NCBI GenBank assembly: GCA_051294375.1 | Contig: CM119269.1 | Location: forward strand, 21,499,665-21,563,664 | Reading direction: 5' to 3' | Length of the DNA: 64,000 nucleotides | Origin: Paraspadella gotoi | Taxonomy: Eukaryota; Animalia; Chaetognatha | In this document: in pieces, positions 26,215 through 40,500 of the stretch | Position numbering within the stretch: position 1 is the stretch's first letter | Layout: the number at the start of each line of letters is the position of its first letter | Position numbers and translations under genes: made by a program | The notes under the pieces: generated by a model | The model's database searches: none | Told to the model about the DNA's origin: nothing | Seen by the model: only the letters and a program-made list of their open reading frames with translations

Positions 26215-26340
26215 AACGGCAATATAAAAATTATCCATATCATTTAATAAACTAGGCTTATCTTGGCCCCATGACTTTGGACAGGCTTTGGTGGGTTTAA
26301 GGCCTCCCATGCAGGGTCTTACAAGATAATGACGACATGT
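26215..26340. repeat. repeat family B copy
   Basis: TTATCTTGGCCCCATGACTTTGGACAGGCTTTGGTGG...CTTACAAGATAATGAC. Confidence 0.75.
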
Positions 26341-26563
26341 ATATGTGTTTGGTAAGCCACAAAAACTGTACTTTAAATTCATCTATTGTATCTAGGCGGA
26401 CGGTTGTTCATGCCGGATGTTAAGATTATGAAATTTATGGATTGAGAGATTTTGGAAGGGATTTCGTTTAAGTTTGTATTAGGTTCAAGACAATATAATG
26501 TAGTGCGGCCCATTAAGCCTAAGTCACGCCCGCTTATAAGCATGGTATACCTTCCAGTCGTGA

Positions 26564-26795
26564 ACCGATGGCTCATTTTGTAAAGCACCGTCTAGCTGCA
26601 TACCACTAAGGTACCGTCGCCGAGGGTGTCAATCCGCCCCGGTACCCTACCACTGCGGGTAGCGTGAGGACGGTCGTAAGCCACCTTGAGGTTGTGGCGA
26701 AAACCCTCAAGCCTTGTTGCCAGCCCATACCCGTTCCATAGCTATTAAAGGGGGTTATAGAAGTTAGGCCCACTTAGACGCCTTATCCACAATAC
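26564..26795 (+). mobile_element. tRNA-derived SINE family A (diverged copy)
   Basis: GATGGCTCATTTTGTAAAGC head, with CTACCACTGCGGGTAGCG and AAAACCCTCAAGC shared with 2775-2992. Confidence 0.65.
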
Positions 26796-27411
26796 ATAAC
26801 AATTATCAGCTGTCAGTCTTCATTATTTTATTTCAAATTTCTTCAGAAAACTTACTGAAAGTACGAGAAAAAAAAGTGAGTTTAATAAAAATTAGAGACG
26901 ATTTTCAAATCCATCTTACTGCTATCATTGCTGAGCCATATCCAAGTCGATTCTGATAAAATTTGCATATATAAATATATACTTTTAAATTCATATTTAA
27001 CATTGAAAAAATCTTCATGGGTTTGCAAATGACAGCGTTTTTCTACCGGCGCTTGTAAAATTGTCACCATGTACTTTTAAAAATGATGAAAAATAACTTA
27101 TTTGTTATCAAACCAGGTTCAAATTTCTTTTTCTTCTTAGTTGGATCAAAAGTGTCAACTTNNNNNNNNNNAACATTCATCACTTCCTTTTCTTAGCTCT
27201 ACTTTCTTTTTCACTCGCTGGAATTCTCAACGGTTCAGACTCCAGGTGGGAGAATTGCAGTCTCGCTCACCCCAGATAGACTTTAGACGCAACCAAACAT
27301 CGACGAAGACTCGACGCGAATTCCCAATATGCAAATAAGATCAAGGAAATCTTCTCACAGGAGCGGAAAGAGGAGAGAGAGAGAGATGATGAGAGAGAGA
27401 GGAGAGAGAGA

Positions 27412-27444
<33 letters not shown>

Positions 27445-27889
27445 GGGGAAAAGACTTAAAGATGGAGACAGAAAGCGAGAAAATGACAAAGGGAGAGGAA
27501 AATAGGCTGACAAAGATGGAGAAAAAACTGAAAGTGAAGGCTGAGAAAGGAAAATACAATGACAAAAGCTGAAGCACAAAGGCAAAAGAAGCAAATGATG
27601 CTGACATAGCTGGAGTCAAAAGGAAAAAAAGGGAAGGAAACGTGTTGACAAAGCTGGACGCNNNNNNNNNNGATTTGACTAAGGAAGATGACTGACAAAG
27701 GCTGACAAAGATGCAGGCAGAAAGGAAGAAAAAAAGGAACTAATCAAAATTTCAAATTTGAGGTTAAAAAAGGTTAAACGAGTTTAAAGTTATAAAATTT
27801 TGTTTGTAAATTAATTATTAAGTAAATTGATTGCCATTTATTTATGTGGACCCTAAAATTTTGAGGTTGTGGAAGATCAGAGAGTAAGG

Positions 27890-27944
<55 letters not shown>

Positions 27945-28189
27945 ATGAAAAAAGAAAGAAATAAAGAGAAAAAGAGAAAAAGAAAAGAAAAAAGAAAGAA
28001 AGAAAGACAAAAAGACAGACAGAAAGAAAGAGAGACACATAGATGACAAAGATGAGATTCATCCAGGTTCGAGATTCAAGCTCATTCACTAAAGACTTCA
28101 ATATTCATGAAGAGGCTCAGGTGGTTCTTTTGTTTTTCGCGGCGCCGGTTTAGTCGAATCCAATTCCTAATTCATGCCAACAAAAGAGC

Positions 28190-28226
<37 letters not shown>

Positions 28227-28519
28227 AGAGACTATTCCTTTTTTTTATTTTGCGGTTGGGAAAAAGAAGGGAGGTAATGGTGGACCACAGAGGGAGGAAC
28301 AGAGAGAGAGAGAGAGAGACAGAGAGAGAGAAAAAAAGAAAAAAAAGAAAGAATTGAATTTTTTTAAACTTTTTTAAAATGTTTTTTTAAATTCTTTAGT
28401 GGCACGGCGCCATCAGAGCGAAAATTAACGATTTCTGGAGGAAAAAAAGGAGAAAACACAAATTTTTTCGATTTTATGCGGGAATAATAAATTACTACAA
28501 GAGAAAGGGGGAGGGAGAC

Positions 28520-28570
<51 letters not shown>

Positions 28571-28764
28571 GAGAGAGAGACGAGAGATAGAGAAAGAGCA
28601 TATTGAAAATTGAATATTGAAAGCAAAAGTGAGGTTTTAAACTGTCTTCAGCAAAATTTCTATTGGAGAAATGTTAGTATAAACAGTAGGGAGGTGGGAT
28701 GAAAAGATTGAGTGATTGAACATTATTTTTTTGCTGCCTATGGACATATAATTAATGAATTTTA

Positions 28765-29200
28765 AATCCTTTTAAAAATATTTTTAACATAACAGTATAG
28801 TAAATTCAATTATTTATGTAGTAATATAAAATTCACTATAATTTTTTTATTTTTAAGAACAGATTTGGATTTGCCGTAAAAAAAATAAAATAACTTTTAT
28901 AAAATATGTTATATGATTTTTTAATGTTTAGATCACAAAAAATGACTAAAACGTTTTAACATAATTAAGTTTCTACTACAGAAAATAAAAAAATCATAAA
29001 TTTTTACCTTTTTTTCCGTTTTAAACGCTGAAGATAATAGAATTTTTAATAACATGTTTTATATTTTTGAATCAACTTTTTATAAAGAATCTGAATCTTT
29101 AATAAAAGTTTTTTTAATAAATATTTTTAAAATTTACTATTTTATAAGAATATTACTACAAATAAATTATATTTTACTATTGTGTTCGAGACAATATAAA
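28765..29200. mobile_element. degenerate palindromic MITE related to 12235-12842
   Basis: Inverse-complementary halves (ATTATTTATGTAGTAATAT / ATATTACTACAAATAAATT) and the shared CAGATTTGGATTTG motif. Confidence 0.5.
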
Positions 29201-29344
29201 CAAAATATTTTTTGTACTAGTTAATCATACTATCTCACATCTAAATATCCTTGTTCGATCATATTTTTTTTGTTCTTGAGTGCTCCACTCTAATAAACAG
29301 TTTTTGTAGCAATACGATAAATGATAGAAAGAAAGAGAGAGAGA

Positions 29345-29411
<67 letters not shown>

Positions 29412-29598
29412 TATTGAATGTATAAAACAGATACGGCATTGGGCACGTCTAATGCGGCCTATACAGCGTTTTAAGTGAAGTCCAGTTAAATTACGATGTT
29501 CAAAATACAATTCAGATCTTGAAAAATTAACTTTCAAAACAAAAAACGATAAAATTGGTAATAGATCAAAAAATTAAAAAGTTAAAAAGAAGAATGGT

Positions 29599-29669
<71 letters not shown>

Positions 29670-29949
29670 AAGAGAGAGAGGCACGAGACAGACCAGAGTT
29701 ATCGGTTTTTCGTTGAAGGGCGACATTTTTCAATTCAATACATCGAATCGTTTTATGTTTGAAATAAATTGAGAAGCGAAACTTGAAGAATAAGGAAATC
29801 GATAAAATGTAAACAAGAAGAAAAAACTTTGATTTTCTTTTATTTTTATTATCATTTTTATTTTTTTATTTCAAATTTTCAAGGTTTTTTTTCTTCAATA
29901 TTTACGTGTATGATAATCTTACATATCAACTCTTCTCCGTCTTCACAAA

Positions 29950-29987
<38 letters not shown>

Positions 29988-30197
29988 ACTCCCGTCTCCC
30001 GCGGAGGGGCAGAGGGTAACGTCCCCTGTCAATCACGCATCTCCTCGTTTATCTTTTGTTTACTGCGACTCGCGCCTCGTGCCCTCTATCGTGGTCGGCG
30101 GTCGTTCGGGACGCTGCTCTTCTTCAGACAAAAGGGCTAATCGCTCTTATGCTCGCGTTTTAATTTCTTCTCTCAGGTCTCTCCTCTCTTCTCTCTC

Positions 30198-30246
<49 letters not shown>

Positions 30247-31839
30247 CTCTCTTCTCATTAGTAGAATGTTTTTCCCCCTTCCTCCAAGCAATGTTGACTC
30301 TGTTTGAGTCTTTACGCGAAATGCGGTTGGCCAGGATTACTATCGCCCGCAACGAACCTGTCACGGCGTTGCAGTCGGCTACGGCCGTTGCCACGGCGTC
30401 GACCTCGAGGTGTTGTTTTCAGAGCTCGGTTGCCAGGCGACGATTTCTACAAACAAAAGACGCGAAAAGAAGAAGACGAATGATAGAATGTTTTTGTTTT
30501 GAATTTTACTTTTTTTCCTTTTTCATGTTTTTTTTCCCTCTTTTTAGAAAAAACGATTTGTACATTGATAGATAGATAGATAGATAGACAGATAGACAGA
30601 TAGATAGATAGATAGAAATAAATAGATCAAATTGAATTTGTAAGTGACTGTATAGAGTTAAAATAAATTGGATAGAAAGGTCATACTAACTTATTTCTCA
30701 TTAAAAAATTAAGAAACTATTTGGATTAATGTTCTTTTTAAAGTAAACGAAAAAGCAGTTGGGTGATAACTGACCCGAGCATGAAACCCGAAAACTGAAA
30801 AAGTAATTAAAAAAGAGGATTAAGGAAAAGAAAAAAAAAAGAGAAAAAGCCAGAAAAAGCTCAGTAAAAGCCCGAAAAAGTTAGAAAAAGTGAAAAAAGG
30901 CCAGAAAAAGGCCAGAAAAAGCGAAAAAAGGCCAGAAAAAGGCCAGAGAAAGGGAAAAAGTCAAGAAAAATCCGGGAAGAAATCAAGAAAAATTCAAAAA
31001 ATCCTTCAACTAATAAACCGAGAAAATTGTTTTATTCCTTTAAAGAATCGACGATCGCTGACTGACAACTGACGGCGTCGAATTTGGAAAAAAAGGTCAT
31101 CTCTAGGTCAATTCTGAGGTCAAGAAAAAAGGTCAAGACGACATCATTATTAGGTCAGATACGAAGACCCCTGATGGACCCCGAGGTTCTCCGTCGTCGA
31201 TGAGGACAAAAGAAAAGAAGTTGATCCCCAGTTTATCCCCAGTTCATCCCCAGTTTTTTCTCTCGTTTCTGGTTTTTGTTCTAAAGTCACTTTAGTTTTT
31301 CTTTTATTTTCTTTTATTTGTTTTTATGTTTTATTTTTTAATTTTATTAAGGAGTGAGAGAGGGAGGATTCTTAGTAATATTTATAGATTATACTATATA
31401 TTATAGCTAAAATTATTTATGTTAATATTAATACTTTTATTACTCTCATTATTACTATCATTATTAGAATTTATGGAGATAAATGGGATGATTCTTTCGG
31501 TCGACGGCCGTTCTTCACGCTTTTCATAATAAAGTTTTTTTCGGTTGGAACTGAACCCGGGACCTTGTGATCCGCAGACACATTTAAACATATCATGTGA
31601 TTTTTTTATCTTTACAAAAGAGTTTTGAAATTGATCGTCAATAACTCAAAAGTCTTTCCTTTTTTATTATTATGCTAATCGTGAAGATATGTGTCCTTTT
31701 TTTTTTTTGGACACGCTGACAATCAATGACCCATGAAATTGAGTCCAAAATGAGTTGGAGAAAGAATAAGGAGAGAGAGGGGAGGCCAGGGGCGGGGAAT
31801 AGGAGTGAACAAAAATAAAGATAGAATATTTAAAAAAAA

Positions 31840-31883
<44 letters not shown>

Positions 31884-31999
31884 AAAAAAAGGAAATCGAA
31901 AGAGAGAAAGATAAAAAGATAAAAATGAAAAATGATAGATTAAAAAACAAGAACGGTAATTAAAATGAGTTGCGCCGCAGTGACGCTACCTGACATGAC

Positions 32000-32110
32000 A
32001 TGCTATGTCATTATCTTGTAAGAGTGACCACCAAAGCCTGTCCAAAGTCAGGGACAAGATAGATTATTTATTAAATGAATGGATAATTTTTATATTGGTT
32101 GTACCAATTT
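32000..32110. repeat. repeat family B copy (inverted relative to 14388)
   Basis: GTCATTATCTTGTAAGAG...CCTGTCCAAAGTCAGGG...TTATATTGGTTGTACCAATTT. Confidence 0.8.
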
Positions 32111-32396
32111 GATAAAAGAAAGAAAGAAAAAAAGAAAGAAATTATGTTTACAACGAAGTCGGGACAATTCGATAGAAATTTGGGGCGAAAAAAGAAAAAA
32201 AGAAAGAAAGAAAAAAAGCAATGAATAAAAGAAAGAAAGAAAGCAATGAATAAAAGAAGCAATCAATCAATGTTTCCGCAACTGTCTACTACGAGGACTC
32301 GAGACTTAAATGAACGCCAGCCGGAGCGGCAACAGCATGCCGCAACTCTTGTCTTTTGCAACAATTTCGAGAAAACCCTCTCGTCTCAGTCTCTCT

Positions 32397-32495
<99 letters not shown>

Positions 32496-35400
32496 CTCTC
32501 CAAACTTGTCATCCCTCCCTTTCTCTTCTTCTTGAGACCAAACACCCGCCGACCTTTCTCGTCAGCCCGCATTTTTCCTGAACCCTCTTTATGTTGCCTT
32601 CGCTACAATCGCTTAGGGTGTGTCAAACGATAAAAATAACTTTCGTAATTTTAGATATTCTTTTTCTTAAAAAGGACATAATAATCTAAATTGAAAAATA
32701 AATTATAATCTGTTTGGTGTTATTTGCTCTTAAATATTTAAAAAAAAATTTAACTGGTCTCAAAAATCATCTAATCCTTTTAATGTAAACTTTTTAGTAT
32801 TAATTTATGCATTAAGGTACCCAGAAGTCGGTCCATTTCCGCAAAACGATGGTGAGAGCGCGCGGCCTCTCATCAATCAGGCTTAAAGTAATTTTGACCC
32901 TGAGCCCTCTCGGACCCCGATTGTTTAAATCAGTAGCGCGATTATAAATACATAACTTGGAATTAAAACAATCGCGAGTCCTCTTAATATTTCGGTTTTA
33001 CCATTTTTCAATATAATCAACGGATTTCCGGAAATTTTTAATCGCTAACCGATTCCGTTCACGTCAAACGTCACAAGGGTTACAAGCAACATTGAATCCC
33101 GAGTCCTCTCTGTTTTTCGTCTGCTTAAATCTCCGACCTCGAGCGCGGCTTCTGATTGGTCGAATTCTGAGAATCCTGGATTTCGATTCGCGCTTTAAGT
33201 TTACTCCTCCGACGTGAGGAGAATACTCTTAAACCTCGAATTTTTTCCTACAATTAGACATAAGTCATTTATTTCTTCATAGTTTGTAGAGTATCTGTAT
33301 TTAAAGTAGCTCATAATGCGCGAAAGTTAAAAAAAACTCACTAATTACATGTTAATCCAGTTATTCTTTCGTCCAAATCTTTACAAGATCTGATTTACCG
33401 TTACTTTTTGGAAACCCTTGTCACAAAGAATTGAGTCGTTGATTCGATTTAATTATTTTTATATAATAAATTAAAAAGTAAAAAAAAAACAAGGCAAAAA
33501 TGAAGATATACTTGAAGGAGATACAAGGAATCCGAAATTTAAAAAAAAAAAAACGGTAAACATAAGATTCCGAAATTTCTTTTTGTTTAGTTGATTTCAA
33601 AAAAATTTACTGTTTTTATGCGTGATGCCACTTGGACAACGATTAAAAAGAGAGAAAAACGTGGTTTTATTTCTTGGTTGAATTCGAATGAGAAGAAACT
33701 TAACAAAGTAAGGAGGAGAAGTCAGCCGACGACGATGGTGATGAGGCTTCACTGTAGTTCAGTGAAATTTTTAATGTGACTGAGGTTATCTTCATGATGA
33801 CCGAGGCTCGAGGTGTTAGTTAGAAGAGTCGGAGGTAGTTTGGTTGAGTCTGAAGGGGCGGGTTGCATGATCTATTCCGAGATGTTCGTTGTATCGTTTG
33901 TGGACCGTATTTCCTTTCCAGAGGGCGGTGGCTGTGGAAACGTGCGACTTGACGGAGAGGTTGGGAGAAGATGAGGTGGAGATGCGAGATTCGCGTTGTC
34001 GGCCAGATTGCGATCTTTAGTCGGGTTCACCATAACATAACAACGTATTAAATATTCAGACAATAATAATATGGAACAATATACTTTAAGGAGATACAAT
34101 TGATGTTAAAATGTAGTTGATAACATTACTTTGGACGTCGATTAAAGAGAGAAATTGAATGAGAGAAACCTAACAAAGTAAGGAGAAAAATCAGCCGACG
34201 ACGACGGCGACTGAGGTTTCGGTAAAATGCTTAATACATTTAAATTGTACTATTAAAAATATTTGGTATTTATTTTGCAATAAAGTCATTTATCAGATCT
34301 TTTAAAAATTGATCTAATTCTCAATGCAAAATCAATTATATCATCTTTTTGCTGTTTTTACGATTCTACAGCAATAAACAATTCATTACCTGTTTCTTCT
34401 ACATTTTTATAAAAGCTCTGTTGAGTCCCTGGTAGTTCTGCCCAGCAGTGGTATCTAAATAATTTTACTAACATTGTTATCAGAACTTTAGCGATTCGAC
34501 TGCTTTAATTCCTCATGATAAAAAATAAATTATGGTAGTTGTAATGAGAAAGCTCCTAAGCCTTCTACACTTGTTAGCCAATACAGAGAGAGAGGAAGTG
34601 AACAAAGTATTTTTGTCATTTTAAGAAAGTTTTTTATCACGTCTGTTTTCTTAAGACAATTTTTTTTATTTTAGAACAAAATAACATTTTCTGTCTTCAT
34701 TTTTAAACATAATTTATTTATTTATTTAGGGGCGCCAATTTCTCCCATTTTGCTCAATTTTGCGGTTTTTTGATAGAATAATTCATAATTATAGAATTTA
34801 AAAAAATTATAATATCAAATATTTTATGTTTTAAATCATAAACTGTCAATATTACTTTAATTTTAGCAATAATATATGAAAAAATATTAATTAAAACTGA
34901 CATCTTTAATTTCATATATTGTTAATTTTTTTGCATTTTTCGACTTTCGGTCCTATTATAAACTGGCGAGGAACGGGAAAACTGGGCGTGGAATTTAGTT
35001 TTTTTATACCTAGGCTAATAAGTTTATTATCTAAGTCAAAAAATCAAGAGGGCTCGAAGTTAGATTTTTCATGTTTTGTATTTATACTCTCCGCGCTATT
35101 ATCAGTCACGTCTGACTTTCGCCAAAGAAACTCGGAGTCCGGGACAGGAAATCGGACGGCGGTCCCATCGTTACAATCATCATGCAATCTGAAGCATTAG
35201 TGCTTTTTTAATCTTTAATCAGAATATTTTTTATACCATAATTAATATTAATTTGTTTTCAATTAGTTGAGTTGAACTAAGTTTTTAGTTTAATCAATTT
35301 AAGATTAAATAAAATTTTTTTTGCAATTATTTTTAATTTTAAGTGGGTTTTTGGCTACAAAATGAGGCCTTCAACGGTCGCATTTTGCCAATCCCAAATG

Positions 35401-36754
35401 GCTTTCATGTGAACTTTAGACATATTGTCCCCTGAACTTTAGACATATTGTCCCCTGCACGTTTCAGGTTTTGTAGTAAAGCTGGGATTAACTCTAAGCC
35501 TTAAGTCACGTCTTAATAAATATTTACTATTTTCGTAATATATGAAAAAAAAACAATATGCAAATTAAATTAAATTTCTTTCTTCGCTTATTTTTTTTTC
35601 TTAAAAAAAAAAAGAAGAAATTCTCATTCAGACTTTAATTTTTTTCCCTTTTTTTTCTTTTTCCCTTTTTTTTCTTTTTCCCTTTTTTTATCTTTTTCAA
35701 TTTTTTTTCCCTTTTTCGACTCGACGACTTCGTGACCTTCACACGAAACTTTCGATTCCTGACCTTTACTGACCCGAGTGACCCCGTCGAGTCCTCTGAG
35801 AGGGCGTGGCGACGTTGGGTGAATGACTAATTCTATCCGCGCGTACGAGAGAGAAACCGTCGCGCGCCCAGACCTTTGTCCGTTGTTGTTGTTTACGTCG
35901 TCGTCGTCGTTTTTTTTGTGGTCGGCGACGACGACGACGACGACGCCATCTAAGGTTTGAAAGGTTTTTTTAAAAGAAGCCAAACTTTTAATATTTTGTA
36001 TCTCGGCTAAAAGCGTGCAAAAGTTTAAGTTATGAAGAGAATCTATAATATATATATAGGACTAGGCGAAGTGAAAGTGCAGATAAAAATCGAATAAGTT
36101 GCATGAACCAGTCTTGTACTAAAAGAACATTTGATATATAACAAGTTTGAGCCAAACAATGTCGGATCTGCCTACGAAATTAATTAATTAATTGATTAAT
36201 TAATTAATTAATTAATTAATAGATTAATTAATTAATAGATTAATTATAATTTATATTCAGCTTGTCAATCATCGATGTCCTTAAAAATTGAGTCAGGACA
36301 GTTATTAAAGTTTTGTTTACATTTTATCAAACAAACAAATATCCTCTATTGTATCGAGCCAGGCGGGCAAAAGCCGTCCTGTCTAGATTTTTTTTTCGGT
36401 TTAGCTTTCGCGTCTCGCTTTTTTGCAATCATGGGCTTCTGAAAGATTGTATCATAGGAGGAATTTTTCATATATGGCCTCTAATCATAAAAAAGGCATC
36501 TTTAAAATTCTCATGTTTCATATCAATGATGGTATTTGTTTATGTTTTATTACAAAACAAAAAACGTTTTAATTAATGATGTCGCTCTCTCTCTCTCTCT
36601 TTTTCTCCGTCACCTGCTTCTTCCAAAAACGAGTTCCGGCTCTCTCTCCTCACGTTCCTCCGCTTCTTCTCTCTCTCTCTCTCTTCTCCTCTCTCTCTCT
36701 CTCTCTTTTTTTTACAAAAAATTTTTAGATATAATGTGGGTTCACTAATGTAAA

Positions 36755-36828
36755 AAACGATGCCGCGAACAGGGCGCGAACCCGGGTCCTTTGGGTAGAG
36801 AATTAGCCATGCTACGTGCGGCGCCAAA
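36755..36828 (-). pseudogene. tRNA-derived fragment
   Basis: The minus strand has B-box-like GGACCCGGGTTCGCGCCC and terminal pairing GCCGC...GCGGC, followed by a T-run. Confidence 0.35.
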
Positions 36829-36927
36829 GTACTGCTGATCTGTAAACCGAGTAAAGGGGCTTAGAGGCTTCTCTCTCTCTCTCTCTTTAAATTATTATAT
36901 ATCGCTCTTCTCTTTCTCTTTTTCTCT

Positions 36928-37570
36928 GCAGGCGGCTGTCTCTCTCTTCTCTCTTCTTTTTCTTCTCTCTCTCTGTCCTCTCTGTCTCTTCGTGTGTGTC
37001 TGTCCCTATCTGTCGAACTTTTAGCAGTGGATCGTTTGTTTTTTAAAAATTTGATTATTTTTTTCCTTCTAAAACTTTTTATTTATTGCCATTTATTCCG
37101 GCGCTTTTTTCAATACAAAAATCCCTAGTTTCATCCGCAGATTTTTCGTGGATTTATTCCTTCTTCTCTCTCTCTCTCTCTCTTTTCTCTCTCTCTCTCT
37201 TTCTTTCTCTCTCTCTCTCTCTTTCACTCATACACGCAATTTTTTGTTTTATTGACTATCATCGCATCAATGAATGACAATCATCGAATCAATGAATGAC
37301 AATCATCGCATCACTGAATGACTATCATCACAGCAGTGAATGACTATCATCGCAATCAATTAATGATTATCATCGAATCAATAAATCAATTCTATCTACA
37401 TCAATAAATTACTATTACATCAATCAATTAGTATTACCTCAATCAAATTACTAGTACATCAAACAATTCGTTATCGCATGATTCATTCGTTTTTTTTCCC
37501 GGTTTTTTTTCATTAATTTTCATATGATAGTGGGCTCTGGCTCGATCTTGAGTTCTTTTAAGATTTTTTA
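36928..37570. repeat. repeat family D with ~22-bp TGACTATCATCGCATCAATGAA array
   Basis: Colinear homologue at 55748-56305 (GCGGCTGTC, ATTTTCGTGGATTTATTC, CATACACGCA, GGCTCGATC). Confidence 0.75.
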
Positions 37571-40500
37571 TTTTATGTCTCCTTCTCACTCTCTCTCTCT
37601 CACTCTCTCTCTCTCTCTCACTCTCTCTTCTCTCTCTCTCTCTCTCTCTTTTTATCCAATTAGCGACGATCCTTATGCTTTTAAGATTTTTTTAACTGCA
37701 TCATTTTTTTCAACTTGCATAATTTTTCAACTGTGCATGGTCCGTCCAAAAAACTTTATATCTAAGTTCTTCTAGATATGTCCGCTCGCGCTTAATAAAA
37801 AAATCCGAAAGAACGAAGCAGGTTTCTGATAATTTTGGTTCCTAGCAATTTTTGCACCAGTAGCGCAGTATAATATACAAAACCATAGATGATTTCTGAA
37901 ACTGCCACTGTGTTGGGCTATGCCAACGCCGCCGCGAACAAAGAAAAATCCATAAAGGTCTTGATTAAAAAATACTGAAAATTAAACACGGACGCTTAGT
38001 CTGATTCGTTTAAAATTTTTTTTATTTTGTGTATTTACTGTATAAGTCAAATAAATATACAGCCGGTACATGCACTGATTCCATTCTGTATTGGGTTAAG
38101 CCTAACTTTTAAAGCGGCCCATAATGAAAAAAATAAATTGACATCATAGTAAGAAATAATAGCAGTTAATCCAATTTTTTTTTCTTCAAAAATTTGTATG
38201 TTTGTCCATTTTTGTTTCTTACTGTTTTTGCCCAAACATTGCCTTTAAAATTATAAAAATAAAAGATTAGCTAATGAAACTACAATGTCTTAGGTATATT
38301 TCGTTGCCGGAACAGAAGAAAATTCATTGATTTGTTTAGTATCAATATTGGAGCCTTGAAATAACACATTTCTTGGCAATTTAACCCTTTATTGATAAAA
38401 GCCTTGTATTATAATAAAAAATTAAAAACAACAATTTTAACCATACAGTACATGCATTAGCGTTTGTTATTTAAAAAATTGTAAGTGTTTTTTTTAATTA
38501 AAAAATTGTTATATTAAATAGCTAATGGCATTTATGCAAAGGTTTTAATTTGCACATGGAAATGACAAAAAATTTAAAAATTTGATAATTACAGTCTTTT
38601 AGCCCCTATGTCAGGTCGTTTTTTAAATCAGCCGGATACAAAGGTTGAACTCCAAATTTTCATATTTAAATAATTATGTTTTTAAGGTTCTACATGAATT
38701 TTTTTAAATTTTTTGTGTTTTTCACCAAAATATAATTCCAATATATGCCTTAGTAATTATATTAAACATTTCGAAGTTATAGAAAAATTTTTGTTAATAT
38801 CAGAAACACTAATTACAATCTTTTCTCTTTCAGAAATCTTACATTTATTTTTTTTTTTTAATTATGGCCAAGTTGTATTTAATTTAATTTCAAAAGTTGT
38901 CATACTTTTGACTAAATTCCGATCCAGTTTTAAAAAAATCCTTTGAAAACATTTCTAAAGAAAAATATTATGGGAAAAGATGCCCATAATTATGGCTTTA
39001 ATATGTACCAGTCTTCATCGTCTATCATTTTTGGTTCCAAAAAGATATCAAAGAAAATCAATTTTTTTATTTACCAATTAAGCTCACTCGGCCGAAGCTT
39101 AAAAAAATTTAAGTGAACCAAAAGAAATTATAATGAACGCAGATTTGTTTTAAAAAATTGAGGCGTGCGAAAATGACCATTTTTTTGTAGCATTATTTCC
39201 TTTGAAACGCTTGGTCGATTGATTTTGAATGTTATATCAACAATATGACATCATTTGCCTATCAGTAAAAATGTAAAAAATCATTTAAAAAACATTATAA
39301 ACGACCAGGTAACTGCCTATCTACTCTTCACTCACTTCTACCGGCTCACAAAATTTCAATCTCAATCTATCATGGGTTAAAAGAAATAAAAGATTCCAAG
39401 TAAATGTGACGTCATAATTTTTGTCATTTAAACTCATTCCACTGCGGTTTTTTACGTTTCCACTGCAAGCTTTATATCAAGCTTCGTCATTACGTTTTCC
39501 TACCACACACAAAATTTCAAACTCAATCTAATCCATCCAATATATTGATTAATTTGGAAGTATTTATTGGTTAAAATAAGGTAAAAAGATTTTAGTAAAT
39601 TTCGACTTATGTTTTTTCCATTTAAACTAATTTCCACTCACACAGGATTCCATCGAAATTTATATTCCAGCTTTAATCACACACTTTCCTACCACACACA
39701 AAATTAATTCCAATCCAACCAGCCAATCACGAGTTATTGGATCTTTTTTTGCTAAGATGGGACGCGATGACGGATTGATTGTTAACTAATTACATTAATT
39801 ATTGATTAATTATTTACTAATTGGATTAATTAAAACTGATTAATTATTTGATTTACTTTAATACATCCTGCAGCATACATTAATATAAAAAGGAAAAAGA
39901 AGCATAATCAATTAGTAAAACAGGTTTATTTGTTTTTTTCCATTTAAACTCATTTCCATTTCAAACTATTCCATCGAAACTTTATTCCTGTTCAATCACA
40001 CACTTTCCTACACCACATACAAAATTCCAGGTCAATCAGCCCATCCACTCGTGAGCAATTGGTGTTCAAATAGTGACTGTATATTTTTTTTGTTTTTGTT
40101 CCATTAAACTCATTCCACTCGGACAATTCCATCGAAACTTAATATTCCAGCTCAATCACACACTTAACCTATCCCACACACAAAATTCAAAATTTAAATC
40201 CATCCAATCCAATCACGAGTAATTGTGTTTTTTGCTAAGGATGCGACGGACGGCACGGAAACGACGGACGGCACGACGACGCGACGGACGACGGAAAACG
40301 GAACGACGGACGGACGGCACGGACGACGCGACGGACGGACGGACGGACGACAGGACAGACGGACGGACGACATCATTTTTTTGCCATTAATTTATCATAA
40401 TTCAATGTTCTGACATGAATAAGTGTGTGCCCGACAATATTGAGGGGGCGGACCGACGGACCGAAAAAGTGAGTTATAAAAAGTGAGTTATAGAGTCGCG

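Noticed and set aside
30260-30450. GC-rich minus-strand exon candidate after TTTTGTTTGTAG
   Set aside because: All frames close within about 45 codons, with no recognisable motif or partner exon.
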